Shown: one piece after another, positions 1 through 13,583 of the stretch
Numbering within the stretch: position 1 is the stretch's first letter
How the letters are laid out: each line of letters starts with the position of its first letter
Source of the DNA: Lama glama
Lineage: Eukaryota
Assembly (NCBI GenBank): GCA_028534125.1
Contig: CM052817.1
Location: 47,060,001-47,124,000, forward strand
Direction of reading: 5' to 3'
Length of the DNA: 64,000 nt
Translations under genes and position numbers: made by a program
Notes under the pieces: model-generated
Told to the model about the DNA's origin: nothing
Databases searched by the model: none
The model's input: only the letters and a program-made list of their open reading frames with translations

Positions 1-420
1 AAAAAACTCCTTTGGCTTTAGAGGTTAGAAAGTCATTCGTACTCTTGCTTGGAGAGGTTTCAGTGGGTGGTGGTAGAAGAAGCTTAGTTGCAGCAAAGCT
101 GGGATGCAGTTGCTGTGTGTTGGTGAGCAGAGGGTGTAAGAAAGCACTCTCTCCTTTGTGAAGTTTGGCTAGGAGAGTGACAAAGGTTACTAGCTTGAGG
201 GACAAGAAAAAATAAGAGAACGTTTTTATTTTTTAGAAAATGTGAAACTTAAGTTTTCTTTACCTGCAAGGAAGGAGTGGGTGGAGTGGAAAAGACTTAA
301 ATGAGCTTGGAGTGAAGGTATAATTACTGGGCCAAGAGTCAGAGATAGTGGAAGAAAAGGAGGGTGAGCCTTGGAAAGGGAAAAAGTTGCTTTTGTTTCT
401 CAGAGCCAGGATGGAAGGAG
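1..420 (-). mobile_element. Ancient LINE-2 fragment
   Basis: Purine-rich stretch 'aagtcattcgtactcttg...gtttcagtgggtggtgg...aagtttggct' resembles antisense L2 body; heavily decayed. Confidence 0.5.
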
Positions 421-1600
421 AGAATGATTAATATTTGAGGGTGGAGGTAGAGAAATTTGGAACTTTTATAAAATATCTTAGTTTTATAACATAATGTTTT
501 CAACTATGATTTATAGACAATACAAAATGTTATATATATTGGTAATGTTGAACCTTGATAAAATCCAAAAGCATGTCACCAGCATTGAGCTTAATTCATA
601 TGATTTTGCAATGTGGAAAGCTAGTGAAGTCTAAATGAACAATATTCCAGGCTGCAATAACTTGATGATACATCCATTAGGCTGGCTCTTCATATTCAGT
701 GTCTTAACTGGACCTCTGTAGAGCAGGTTATTAATCAGCTCAGTGGCTGAGTGAGATCTAAGGAGGACAAAAATCAATCAGTCTACACTAGGGCATATCA
801 TAATTAAGCTGCAGAATAATAATAATAAAAAAACTAATGGAGATGAAATAAAAGAAGATAAAAGAAACCCCAAAATAGAAGAAAACCTAAAAAATTAATG
901 GGGATGATAAACCATTATCTATAAAGATAGGAATTTAGGTTAGATTGACAACAGACATCTCAGTGGCAACAACAGAGGATGGAAGAAAGGAAAATAAAAT
1001 ATCTTTAAAGAAAACAGAGTTGGCAGTCTACTGCATCCAACTAAACTAGATATAAGGGCAAATGTAAAATGAAGATATTTAACAGTAATCTTGAAAGAAT
1101 TTACTAGTTACTCATTCACATTGAAAAACAATTACTCAAGTTTTATAGGAATAAAAATGTTGAAACTAGACAAAGGAATGAGAAGCAAGAAGCTATGTGA
1201 CAAAAAGCAATTGGTGAACATGGGAATATCTAAATAATCACTAACTATAAAATAATAAAGGTAATATCGATTATTTTGAAGATAAAAAACAAGTAGGAAT
1301 AAAATTCTAGACAATAATATATAAAATAGGAAGAATGCGATTAGAATGAAAAATTCTGAAGACCTTTTGTTACTCAGGAAGAAGAAAGATAAATTGTTTT
1401 AGATTTTAAGTCAAATTATGCATGCATAAATTATAAGGGTAACCACTAAAATCATAGAAATATAACAAATAAATTCAAATAATTCAAAATCTGTAAACAA
1501 AAAAGATAAAAGAAAACTTAAGCCAAGCAGAATAGAAAAAGAATTGTAGAGAATTTTTCATACTGTGCTCTTTTTCATTTTAATTTAAAAAATTTCCTTT

Positions 1601-1829
1601 TGCAGATTATCTACTATATATAAAATAGATAAACAACAAGGTCCTACTGTATAGCACAGGGAATTATGTTCAATATCTTATAATAGCCTATAAAGAAAAA
1701 GAGTATGAAAAAGAATATATATATATATATATATGTATAACTGAATCACTATGCTGTACACTAGAAATTAACAGAACATTGTAAACTGACTATACTTCAA
1801 TAAAATTAATTTTTTAAAAAAGAAAAAAA
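1601..1829 (+). mobile_element. 5'-truncated young L1 3' UTR (artiodactyl-type)
   Basis: 'gataaacaacaaggtcctactgtatagcacaggg...tgaatcactatgctgtacac...tcaataaa' followed by an A-rich tail; 'aaaaaatttc' on both sides as a possible TSD. Confidence 0.85.
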
Positions 1830-2718
1830 TTTCTTACTATCAGTTATGAATGATTTCGAGTGCTCAGCCTATACCAGCAATTATCAACTACAAAATATAA
1901 TTGAAATAAGATGCTATTTATAATATCACTCAAAATGAATAAATTTCTAGGAACCAACCTAAAAAAGAAAGCCAGTATCTTTGTGGAGAAATATTTAAAA
2001 CTCTATTAAAAACATACAAGAAGTTTTGAATAAATGGATAGGCCAATCTACTATATTAAAGATGCCAATTTTCCTCAAATGAATCTATAAAGACAATACA
2101 ATTCCAGTCAAAATTACATCTATATTTTTGAAGAACTTGAAAAATTCTTTCTAAAATTTGTCTGGGAAAATAAAAGTCCATGAAAAGCTAAGCCACAATT
2201 GAAAAAGAAAAGAAAAGAAAAAAAAAGTTTACTATATCAGATATTAAAACACTTGACATTTATGTGGTTTAAAAACCACACAATTGCTTATGAAACAGAC
2301 AAACAGATTAGTGAGATAAAATAAAGACTCAGAAATTAAACTGTACATGTTGGGAACTTATCCAGTTGACAGAGAAATTAACATATTAGAAAATGAAAGA
2401 AGAGATTATTTTGGTTGCATTGGGAAAATGTTCACTCTTGAAGAGAAATTTGGATCCCTACTTTACACTGTACAGAGGCAATTCTGCATGAATTAAAGAC
2501 ATCATTGTGAAAGTTAAATCTTATAAATCTAATAGACAAAAATATTCATAGAAAAATATCAACAACACAAACAAAAAAAAAAAGAGACAAGAAATCCAGT
2601 GAAAAAATGGGTTAAAAATATGTAAAGGCAATGTGGAGAGGGAAGTCTGAATGGCTACAAATTCATAAAAAAAGAGTCCTCAAATGCTGCAATCAGAAAT
2701 TAAATTAAATTAAATTAA

Positions 2719-2860
2719 GGGGGAGGTATAGCTCAGTGGTAGAGTGTGTGCCTAGCATGCACAAGGTCTTGGGTTCAATCCCCAGTACTGTCATCAAAAA
2801 TAAATAAACAAACAAACAAACCTAATTACCTCCCCCCTCAAAAAAAAAAGAAAAAAAGAA
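2719..2860 (+). mobile_element. tRNA-derived SINE, vic-1-like (camelid)
   Basis: A-box 'tagctcagtggta', B-box 'ggttcaatcc', body 'aaacctaattacctccccc', A-tail; 12-bp TSD aaattaaattaa at 2707-2718 and 2861-2872. Confidence 0.9.
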
Positions 2861-3179
2861 AAATTAAATTAAAACAACAGTGAGAGGATATGTTAAAGCT
2901 ATCAGAACACAAACATTAGAAATATTCCACATACAAAGTGTCGGTCAGGGTACATAGTGGTAGATGCCGTTATGTTCTCCTGTGGATCTGTGAAGTGGCA
3001 TGTTCATTGTTGCTATGCCCTATGGCCTAGCTGGCTCTTGGGTGTTTATCCCAGAGAATTTCTTGTATGTATCTATGAAGATACATATAAGTAATTATAA
3101 AATATGAAATTATGTGTGTTGGAAGTAATGAAAGTATAAAATATTTGAAGAGAGGAGAAAGGAAGGCAAGTTGGTCAAA

Positions 3180-3997
3180 TGCTGGTAACCTTGTTATCCT
3201 CTCTTTTGGGTTTGAGTCTCGATGGAAGCCCATAAAACCATCTGGATAGGTATGGGGGGAATCACAAAATATCTGGATTATTTGTGCAGGTCTTTTTTTT
3301 TTTTTTAAATGCAAAGCCTTACTTTTTTGGCTTGAGCCATATCTAACATAGTGAGAGAAGAAAAGAAACAGAAATGAACCAGAGGTACTGTGCCTGGTTC
3401 CACAGTGCAGAAGATAAGAAGGCAATTTATGTACATCAATTAAATGAAATGAATTGAATGAAACATTTATGTACATGAAATGAATTTATGAAAGGACTGG
3501 AGACAGGGGCTCAGGATAGATAAAGAGGCAGCAACTTGTGGGGATTTCCTGAGAACAAACCAATTAGCTGCATTGACTGACTTCAGGAGTGGGTGTCTGT
3601 ATGATGTTCCGTAGGGTGACCAGCACATTTCAGAAGATATCCTAAAATGCCGAGGGGCCAAAACATACCCAGCCATGTTACAAACCCAGGTACCAAGAAA
3701 AGGCATAAAAACCTACAGGTGAGGAACCATAAGCCCTCTTTCCTCCGATGGATATAATCCCATTATTTCCCTCATACTTTCAGACAACATATTAGAGAGG
3801 AGAGAGAGAAAGAGGAGATATTCTAAAAAGGTGGAAAACTTACCCCAAAGAGAATTCACCTGAAAGAAATAGTTAAAGAGGAAGAGATGGAGATGGCTTT
3901 AATTGGCATGGGCGATTAGATCAGTTTTAAAGTAAGAAGAAGCTGCATTTCCCCCCTATATACCTGAATGTGAAGTTTGTGGCATGTCCTTGCTACC
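3180..3997 (+). mobile_element. Possible ancient Gypsy-type solo LTR (MamGypLTR/LTR85-88-like)
   Basis: 3' end 'aagctgcatttcc...tacctgaatgtgaagtttgtgg...ttgctac' resembles the recalled end of these LTRs; the body is not verifiable by eye. Confidence 0.3.
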
Positions 3998-4982
3998 TTG
4001 CCTTATGCATTTTCATTGCACCAAATTAAGTATGTGATTCAGGCAATTCTTTTTCACACTTGATCTAAACAGATGGAAAGCCTGTGGAGAAAATTATAGG
4101 ATGATTCAGAGCAGGAAACACACTTTCACAAGGAAACAAGAATCATGAGGCCATGGTATTCCTGTGTAATGGGTTCACCCACAATCTATTAAACAGAGGT
4201 CCTTGTGGAATAAAAGCAGCTTCCATAATAAATCTTAATAGTTTTGACAAGCTGAGAAGCTTGAGTCGGCCTCTCTCAGATGATTTCAGGGCTCCAGCAG
4301 AGCACGGGTCCCCTTGGCCTCACCTTTTTTTTCTTTTATTAAATCTCCCTACAGATGCTATCCTTTGCTTTTCAATTCTAGGTTAAAGCTTTTAATTTCC
4401 TTTAAAATGCATGCAACGTGACTCAATATTGATTTAAGGCAATTTTCTCCAAACTTTTTTTATCATCAGATCCTCTTTTAGTTATTTCTCCCTCCTATAT
4501 TTTGATCAGTTGTGTCTACCAACAGATAATTTTTTATAAAATACTTGTTTCCAATTCTTAATTAATCAAAGATATGGAACAGTTCAGACTAGAACTTCTG
4601 GTCCACATCTAGAGCTAGCTGTCACCACTTCACTGCCTTGGTGTATTTCAGGCTGAAGTTACCCCCACCACACTCATTTATCATTTCCCTGGCCTCCCAA
4701 AGGGGGACAGAGGGAACCAAAAAGCTAGTACAGTGCAGTTAGTGAGAAAGGACATGATTAGTTATTGAATCAGGTCACATCCTAGCTTTGTTTTTCGCTG
4801 AGGCAAGACACTAAACTGAGTCTCATTCATTTAAAGAAGATAATAGAGCTTCCTAAACTGTTTTGGTGAAATTTAGTTGGTTCATTTTACAAGTAAAAAT
4901 TTTACAAGTAAAATTTCCTTGTATTTAATTGAGTTGGTCAGTTATTCTAATTTCAGGATTTTTTTTTGTATACATACATTTG

Positions 4983-6153
4983 TTTAAGTATATCCAGTTT
5001 ACAATGTTGTCTCAATTTCTGGTGTACAGCATGATGTTTCAATCATACATGAACATACATATATTCATTTTCATATTCTTTTTCACTGTAAGTTACTATA
5101 AGATATTGAATATTATTCCCTGTGCTATACAGTATAAACTTGTTGTTTAATTTTATATAAATTAGTTAGTATCTGAAAATCTCAAACTCCCAATTTATCT
5201 CTTCCCCTCTTCCCTCTCTGGTAGCTGTAAGTTTGTTTTCTATGTCTGTGAGTCTGTTTCTATGTTGTAAATAAGTTTGTTGTCTTTTTTTTTTTTAGAT
5301 TCCACATATAAGTGATATCATATGGTATTTTTTTTCTCTTTCTGGCTTACTTCACTTAGAATGACATTCTCCAGGTCCATCCATGTTGTTGCCAATGACA
5401 ATTATTTTATTATTTTTTATGGCTAAGTAGTATCCCATTATATAAATATACCACAACTTCTTTATCCAGTCATCTGTCAGTGGACATTTAGGTTGTTTCC
5501 ATGTCTTGGCTATTGTGAATACTGCTTCTATGAACATTGAAGTACAGGTATCTTTTTGAATTAAGGTTCCCTCTGGATATATGCCCAGGAGTGGGATTGC
5601 TGGATCATATGGTAAGTCTACTTTTAGTCTTTTGAGGAATCTCCGTACTGTATTCCATTCCCACCAACAGGGTAGAAGAGTTCCCTTTTCTCCACACCCT
5701 CTCCAGCATTTATCATTTGTGACTTTGGAATGATGGCCATTCTGACTAGTGTGAGGTGATACCTCATTGTAGTTTTGATTTGCATTTCTCTGATAATTAG
5801 CAATATTGAACATTTTTTCATATGTCTATTGGCCATTTGTATATCTTCTTTGGAGAATTGCTTGTTTAGGTCTTCTGCTCATTTTTAGATTGGGTTATTT
5901 GTTTTTTTCTTATTAAGTTGTATGAGCTGTTTACATATTCTGGAAATCAAGCCCTAGTCAGTCTCATCTTTTGCAAATATTTTCTCCCATTCCGTAGGTT
6001 GTCTTTTTGTTTTGCTCATGGTTTCCTTTGCTGTGCAAAAGCTTCTAAGTTTAATAAGGTCCCATTTGTTTATTTTTGCTTTTATTTCTATTGCCTGGGT
6101 AGACTGCCCTAGGAGAACATTGCTGAGATTTATATAAGGTAATACTTTGCCTA
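4983..6153 (-). mobile_element. 5'-truncated L1 (end of ORF2 plus 3' UTR), younger camelid-type
   Basis: ORF track 5352-5813 '[13 protein letters not shown]...FTIAKTWKQPKCP' and 5624-5836 '[10 protein letters not shown]...[14 protein letters not shown]' are the L1 ORF2p cysteine-rich C-terminus, frameshifted. Confidence 0.95.
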
Positions 6154-7039
6154 GAAATTGTTTATAAGAAAGTTATCTAATATATGGAAACATTTATGTA
6201 CATAGGCCTATTTAGCATGGTATTATTTATATATAAGTATAAATAAAATAAGAAAAAGAGAAAGAAGCAAAGATATAATTAGCTCTTCTTGATTGATAAC
6301 ATTTGACCCTGCTTTCCAAGTCTCCAAGTTTGACAATTATCAGTCTATGAAGCAAGGATTCACCCACAAATTTGGAAAAATATTTTTGGAGAAGGTATTT
6401 TCTCCTGAAGATCTTATACTTCTTCCTTGTCTGTCCCCATTATATGTCTATATCTGTCTATATCTTCTGGGCTAAATTCTGACTATGTACCAGGCACCCA
6501 CATGGGAAACAACGTAGAATCACTGTTTGTTGACTATTAAGCCCGGGAATAGAAAGATACTGAGTAATAAATTGCCCTTCTCTCTTTTTCTCCTCTTCAT
6601 CTCCATTTCTCTCCCCCCCCCCCCCGCCACCTGCTTCCTTCTCAAATACTCACAATCAAGAAAGCCTCATGAGGCCCTTTATTCTTGTCCTTATGTTCCC
6701 TGTGCTCTGTCTGTACCATCCTACACTTACAGTTTTCTCTTGCCTTATGTACAAGCTAAAGGATCTTTGAACTTCATTTCCAGTACCCCTTATTTCTGAC
6801 ATCCATTTTCTTGGTGTGCTGGGCATCAAAGGGCAGGCAACTCAGTCCTAAATCAGAGGATTTTTTACTCAGAACTGGAATCTCCCTGTGGCAAGAACAA
6901 AAGGATGGGGAAAAATGGAAACTGGGGATGGGAGAATAGTCCCTATCAGCCTTTGGCATCTGGCCACCGCTGGGGTCCTTCTGATTCCCTGACTCTAAGC
7001 AGTTCCGTTAACCTTGCAGCTTCAATGGAATACTTGGCA

Positions 7040-8810
7040 GTGTCTAACACACCTTTTTGTTTTCTTTAAATTTACAGTTCATTATCTTTGAACTCTTTTA
7101 CAACTTTTTAATTTGCAAAAAACTGATGGTGATGAAAATTATTTCTGTTTGTAGAAATGCAAATATATTTGTCCAATAAAGAAGAAACTAATTCTGTTCT
7201 ATGGAGGTTGCAAGCATTGCATCTTCTAGTAAATTAACTTCAGCATTCCTGATTGTCTGTGTGTTCATACTCTGAATTCTCCATTGACCAGCTTTTTTAA
7301 AGTCTCATTGGTTCTTTCATTAATTAATAACTTAAATAAAACTCTTTGATACATGTTCATTTAAATTTAACTGAAGGTCATAATTTTAATCTTAAAACAT
7401 TATCCTTTTTCAGCTTCTTAAGTTTCACTGAGACATCAACTAGACTCCCCTGACAAAACCAGATGGACAGCATTGCAGGGGTGTACCTCGTGACCAGATT
7501 AAACCCACACATGAGCAGATTAAGTCCCATTTTGGCTCTAGAGTGACCCAAGCGTCAACAGAGCGTGAATTTTACTGACTCTGTTTCTCTAGGTTTTTTT
7601 CCTTTTCGATTGATATTGTATTTTGGTTTTGGTTTTGATTTGAACAAGGCCATTAAGTCATCCCCTTTTATAGTGGCAACAGTGGCTGGGAGTTTGATTT
7701 TATGGTTTAACTATTTGGAAATCTCTATATCGGAACAATAGATAATCATTCACTGTTCAGTGACAGACAATAGAGAATTCAATTTTTTTTTGTTTGTCTA
7801 CTAATCTGTTTTGAACTTAGATCAAAAACTTTAATTTTCTCCTTATTTTTCATAGCAAGATAATTATTTGCATAGGTTCAGTAAGAATCTGTCCTTTTTT
7901 TACCCAGGATATAAATAAACAAGTTGATTGTATAATCAAGGCTTTACCTGCAGTGTCATACTGGACAATGATTCTATTTTCATTTAATTACACATGACTA
8001 GTCACTTTAAGGAACAAAGGTCTTTACTATAGGGCCAAAGCCTACACAGTTCTTCCAGTAAAACTGGTCTAATAACCTGGCTTAAAGGGTCCTAGGACAT
8101 CAGATGGTAGGGAAGATCACTTCTCAGGTCATTAATCTTACTAAATTTGGGGGGGACATCAAAAAGAGAAGAATTTCACAAACTTATAGATACCTCAGTT
8201 GAAATACAATTAGTTAACATTCTTGCAGCACTGGTTATAAATAGCCAGACCAAACTTGATGAGACCAATCTTATTTTGTAATCAAGAACAGTATTTCAAA
8301 TTATTATGATCACAGGTGAGGGATAGTTCAGGAAATATTGGAAGACTTTGAAATGGGCAAGAAGAGACTTGGTGTCTCTCTCTCTTTTTTTTTTTTTTGG
8401 TTTCCTTTTAATAGAAGATTATCTGCCTAATGCACCGTTCTAGGTTATCTGATTCTGTGGGTCCGTGACTTTTCTTGCCTTTGAACTCTTTTACAACACT
8501 TAGTTGTAGAAAACTGATGATGATTCCTGTTCAAAATGCAAATAAATTTTGTCAGTGAAGATACAATTGATTTTACTCCATGCATCTATTAACACATTAA
8601 TTTTGGATTCCTGATGGCCTCTGTATGTGTCTATTTGAATTATCTTTTTTTCTTTTTTCTTTTAAAAATTTTTTGAATTCTCTTTTGAAGCAGTTTTTAA
8701 ATGTATTATTGGTTCTCTTATTAATCAGTTAAAAACAATTTTTGACATATTTTAATGTTATTATTAGTATAAGAGTCATGATGTTACTCTTAAAAATTAT
8801 ACCTTAATAT
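7040..8810 (+). mobile_element. ERV1 non-autonomous (MER4-group) internal sequence
   Basis: 7860-8200 'tttgcataggttcagtaagaatctg...caaggcttt...ctttaaggaacaaa...aaaactggtct...ggacatcaaaaagagaagaatttc' matches recalled MER4/MER57/MER34-int sequence; no flanking LTRs recognised. Confidence 0.65.
7086..8803 (+). repeat. Diverged direct repeat of ~320 bp (7086-7405 and 8479-8803)
   Basis: Both copies start with an exact 19-mer ctttgaactcttttacaac and share collinear blocks (aaaactgatg, aaatgcaaata, attcctgat, attggttct, cttaaaa). Confidence 0.85.
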
Positions 8811-9102
8811 AACCAGTGGGGAGAGGAAAAATAAATTTAATTTCTAATATTTACAGTTGATTTTGCCCTGGTTTTATCTAGCTTTACCACTATAAACAAG
8901 GAGGATCTAAACAAGAGTGAAAGGTAAAGGTAATGAATATTTGAGAAGTTTTGGTAAATCCTTTGTTGGAATTCCTCCCAGAAATTGAGTCACTGAATGA
9001 CTCTAAAACTAGTGACAAATGTTTTTCAAAGTGAGCTCATTTCCAGTTCTTTGTTTAACTAATCATTGATAGATCATTAAGCAAATTTTGATTACAGAGC
9101 AC

Positions 9103-9585
9103 TGTATTAGTTTGGGTTGCCAGAACAAAGTACTACAAATTGGGTAGCTTAAAACCACAGAAACTGATTGTCTCACAGTTTGAGAGGCTGCAGGTCTAAA
9201 CTCCTGGTGTCAGCAGGGCCATGCTCTCTCTTAAATCTGTGGTGAAGGGTCTTCCTAGCCTCTTCTAGATTCTGTTGTTTGCCAGCAATCCTTGGTATTC
9301 CTTGGCTTGTCGATGTGTCTCTCCAGTCTGACTGTTATTGGAAGTCTATCCTCGTTTTGTGTGTCTTCACCTTCTCTTCCCTCTGTGAGTGTCCCAGTTT
9401 CCCCTTTTTATGAGGGCATCAGTCATATTGGATTAGGGGCCCACCCTCCTCCAGCATGACTTCATCTTAACCTAACTCATTGCCTCTAGTGACCATATTT
9501 CCAAATAAGGTAACATTCTAAGATATTGGAAGTTAGAACTTCAACATATGAATTTGGAGGGGAAGGCAGAATTCAACCCATAATA
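9103..9585 (-). mobile_element. MaLR solo LTR, MLT1C-like
   Basis: 'tgtattagttt...tctcacagtt...gtcagcagggccatgctc...cagtcatattggattagggg...aattcaacccataata'. Confidence 0.9.
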
Positions 9586-11529
9586 AAGAGAAAGTTAGAA
9601 TTATAGGGGAAAGAAATTGCTAACTCATAGCCAGAGAGTTGACCAAGAACCTTGATAATTCTGCTATGTTCTCTGGTGTTTTTTTCAGGCTCTAAGCCAA
9701 TAAAATTTGGGAGTTCAGCTGAGTCCCTGGGTATTCATCTCTGGTTGGAGAGCTGTTTGGAGGCTAAGTCCATCAGAAGCATAATTCTGTTCCTGAGGTG
9801 GCTTGGCAAATGGAGCTCACCATGGGTAAAGACAGTGGTAACGTGTGGGTGAGCCAGCAGGAGAAGCAGACAAGTTGCACAAGGTGAAAGGAGCCTTTCT
9901 ACTCTGGGTTCACTTCCCAGCACATCATAGAAAGCAGTTCCTACTGGACCCATGGAAAGTGCCTGTCCTGGCAGTAGAATGCTGACCCTCTTCTTCCAGA
10001 GTCACAGATTTATGAGACTCCCTGTTGATTTCTTTATTTTCTTCTCCCTAGTTGTTCAGAGGAAAATCAGGATAATTTTGAAAGTAGAACTTTCAACCTA
10101 AATTCTTTTATTGCTCCTGAGTTTGTGGCTTTGGGTATTACTCATACATGTACATCTACAAAGTAAGCTTGAGCTGTTGAAATGTGGTCATTAATTAATC
10201 AATTAATCTAAGTAAAACCTTCCCTGTTAGGCATTTCTTGTATCATCTTTCCAGTGAGTTTGAAACCAGATTTGCAATAATTTCTGATCATGAAGGATCC
10301 CCTGGCTTAAGACTTGTGGTAGAAAAGTTCATGGAAAGCCTAGGGTGTTAACTTCTTTCCCGGCTGTATTCCAGCTGGTTTTAAATTCCTCTGCTTGCTT
10401 TGGCTTTCCCACATCACCTCTTTATGTGGGTGTTATAGGAATCTTCCTCTCAGTGTCCAATAAAACTCACCCCTTCCCCCTCAGTTTCAAAAGGCTGGAA
10501 AAAACTTGATAGTAATGTTACCTTAAAATTAAGGCCAAAGGATAGACAGAGGCGACTAAGTGGATGAAGGTAGGAGTGGTTGTGATTTTTCACACTGAAC
10601 TGTTTGTGAGCACAGTCAGGAAAGTGCCCCACCGAGGGGATTGCCTTTGGCGGAAATATGAGTCCCATGAGAATCTGAGGTTCACCTAGAGGTTTAAGAA
10701 AGGATTAGCAATTCATATGTGCTACCAGCCAAAGGCAGAAAGGAAGTTGTTCTTGTGTTGTGGGTGGTCAAATGTCCATGGAGCTATGGGATTGTCTGAT
10801 GGAGGTAAATAGCAATGAAGGAAAACAAAGAAGGGACTTCTCAGCAGACAGCTGTGCTATTAAGTCATCCAGGCAAGCACTGAGCACCAACGAAGATGTC
10901 CCAGTGTAGAGAGCACCACACTCTCCCAGGAACCCTGCAGACTGGGGTTCTTGTCTTTCTCTGCCATCTTTTTGTGTCTCTGAATCTCACTTTCTGAACT
11001 TAACACTCTTTACCATTGGCTCTTGTTCAGCTAACTTTTTCATGGGTCTTTCCTTTTGCTTGAAAGCTCTTTTGACCAAAACTTTGTTTAAATGCACATA
11101 TATGCATTTGAGAGGAATACTGTTAGTACTGTTATTCATACCTCTACGGGTATTGTATAATGGGGTCAACTCTGTGACAGGTACCACGATTTGAGTGATG
11201 TATATCTGTCACTCTCTTTAGTCTTAACAGTGATCCCAAGAAGAGGTATCCTCATCCTTTATAGCTGAGGAACTGAATGTTACGTAGTTATTAAAGTGTT
11301 GAAATGGCTACTTAAAAAGCACCCAACCAGTAAGGAGGGCCAGTGGAAATGGGACTCAGACAGGATGGTGAAACTGTAAATGTAGGAAAGGCCTGCGATG
11401 AAGTGGGGGCCAATAGGAACTCCCTTTTTTCAGGGAAGTGGCCAAGGAAGGCATTTGGGGGACAGAGGCTGCTGAGCATCTCAAGGAAGAACCAAAAAAT
11501 AGGAAAAAGTACAAAGAAGGTTCTAGAAG

Positions 11530-11900
11530 ACAAGATTTTTATTAAAAATCATTTTTACCTCCCTTTTTTATAATTATGAAAATAATACATGGACATTGAA
11601 GAATAATCAGACAGGACAGAAAAAAAAGGAACAGAAAAAAATACACTGTAGACCTTCCACAATTATTTTCATTATTGCATATTGCCTTCTAATTTTGTCT
11701 AATGTTCCAATTTTCCTCAAGTTGAAATCTGCTTAATATTAAATCATAAACATTTCCCCAGGTTGTTACATAGTCTCTATCATTATCACTTTACGTGGCA
11801 ACATTCTAGTTCATATTATGTGATAAAAACCATTTCGCCATGGTTCGATACTGGGAGCTATGCACTTTTATGGGTAAGTTGAAACAGATTCTTCATAGGT
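11530..11900 (-). mobile_element. Very old L1 3' fragment (L1ME-like)
   Basis: 'taattatgaaaataatacatggacattgaagaa' type 3' end; decayed. Confidence 0.4.
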
Positions 11901-12789
11901 GGTACTTTAGTTCATTACATTTGGGGGGAATCTGGTTTCTAGGAACCATCTTGAGTTTAACAGACCTATGGATCTTTTAAAAAGGAGAGTACCCAGTATC
12001 TACGTCACTAGCCACTTGTAGAAGATGGATATTAGAACATTGATAACATGGAATTAATATTCTAAAAAATTTAAAAAAATTAAAAAGCAGAAAGGAATGA
12101 GAAGTGCTCTTTGGGTGTCAAGGAGAGTCAGAGAGAAATTTAAGACATCACCAGAAAGATTAGTGACTATAAGAATGTGTTTCTGTGTTCTGTATAAGAA
12201 GGCATTCGGCATAGTGTGTGCAAAATGAAGCCAGAATTCCAAGTAGAAATGCAATAACTTTAAGAAAACTTTTCTTGGCACTGTAAGCTCACACATGTAC
12301 TTTTATGTGCTACAAACTTGAAAAAAAAGTTAAAATTTTGAAGTATTGAGGCCATAGCTATAAAAAATTAAGGTTTTAAACTAGATTTGTGAGAGTAAGA
12401 AAATATGTGTTATGGTATGCTAAATGCTATTCTATACAGGACTTTTTCATGCTGGCAAATGTTCTACTTCTGCCAATGTGAACAGTTATTTTTGCTGGCA
12501 AAAACAGTTCAAATAAAAACAGAAGCAACCCGCCATTTCTTAACATGGTAAAGCTGAAAATTTCAAACATTCAATGGAAATTATTTACACATTTATTTCA
12601 TTGCTATTCAAAGGAAGTAGTAGGAATTCCATGAAATTTTGTGTTTACGACAAAAGTAAATTGCTAGTTAAAGGTATTTGGAGGTTAGAAGTATGATAGG
12701 TAGGAGATGATTTAGAAAGAAAGAAGGGTATCTATTTTAAAATATTATTATTAGCTTCAGCCTTCTCTGACTCTGACACGACTAGTGAG

Positions 12790-13243
12790 TCTAGAAAAGA
12801 CAGGCGAGTAGACTACCAAATATTCATTCATTTTTTCTTTGTGTTTAACCAAATTTTGCTCAGTGCATCCATGGTTCCAGCTAAAACGCTTTCCCAGACT
12901 TGCTTGCAGTTAGTGGTAACCACATGACATGCTCAGCTGATGAAATAATCGACAAAACCTGATACATTTTGACCCTTTACTCCTTCTTCCCTCTTATTCT
13001 TACCTGGAAAGCAGGCAGTGAGGTTGAAGGCAACAGGCAACAGGAGACCATCTCATAACAAGGATGAGGAACTGAGCTACACAGTGGGAGTGGAGGAGTG
13101 AAAAGGAAATGGATCCTGGGGCACTGATGACACCAGGTTACCACTGGGCCCTCGCCTCTGCACTTCTTATGTGAGGCTGTTTGGTTAAGCCACTGTCGTC
13201 AGATTTCTGTTATGTCCTGTGCACACCGATCTTAAGTGAGGCA
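12790..13243 (+). mobile_element. ERVL solo LTR, LTR33-like
   Basis: 'ccagctaaaacgctttcccagacttgcttgcagttag...ccacatgac...ttggttaagccactg...tttctgtta'. Confidence 0.7.
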
Positions 13244-13495
13244 GAGCCCTTGGTGTGGCCTCTTTTTATAAGCTGTACTTCTATTTATAAACTATCCATT
13301 ATGATAATGATATGTTTTAAGGATTTTTGTCCTCAAATCCTTTGAGCTATTAATTACATTAACAAGCTAACATTTGTAAAATATTCCCTCTTCCTCATCA
13401 CTGTATTTAATGCCTGAAAGTGTTTTATACATTGTGTGGACTCAATAAATTATATTTCCAGGCAATCTGGAAAGTTGTTTTAACTCCAAAATGTG

Positions 13496-13498
<3 letters not shown>

Positions 13499-13548
<50 letters not shown>

Positions 13549-13583
13549 CTTTATACAGGTATATATATATCTTTATACAGGTG
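13499..13583. repeat. Compound (CA)n(TA)n microsatellite followed by a ~22-bp tandem duplication
   Basis: About 19 CA units, then 'atatatatatctttatacaggt' twice. Confidence 0.95.

Larger units (their letters stand above)
860..3170 (+). mobile_element. Old degraded L1 (L1M/L1ME-type): ORF1-like tail plus ORF2 C-terminal region, host to younger insertions
   Basis: A-rich plus strand with L1 ORF2-type motifs ('tataccagcaa', 'tctaggaaccaaccta', 'ggatccctactttacac', 'gggtgtttatcccagagaa'). It resumes in register after the SINE at 2719. Confidence 0.7.

Noticed and set aside
2719..2790. tRNA-Ala-like gene (also 22148-22219)
   Set aside because: Followed by a SINE body and A-tail and flanked by TSDs; these are SINE heads, not tRNA genes.
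3027..3476. 149-aa minus-strand ORF
   Set aside because: Spans decayed repeat sequence and a poly-T run; no recognisable domain.
4884..4916. 16-bp tandem duplication 'attttacaagtaaaa', and gaaat/atttatgtacat repeats at ~3425-3492
   Set aside because: Ordinary slippage duplications; no spacer structure, not CRISPR-like.
5352..5836. Protein-coding ORFs here and at 29367, 30081, 51501 and 57598
   Set aside because: All are broken L1 ORF1/ORF2 fragments.
7086..8803. LTR pair of a small provirus
   Set aside because: No TG...CA termini, PBS, PPT or TSD at the repeat boundaries.
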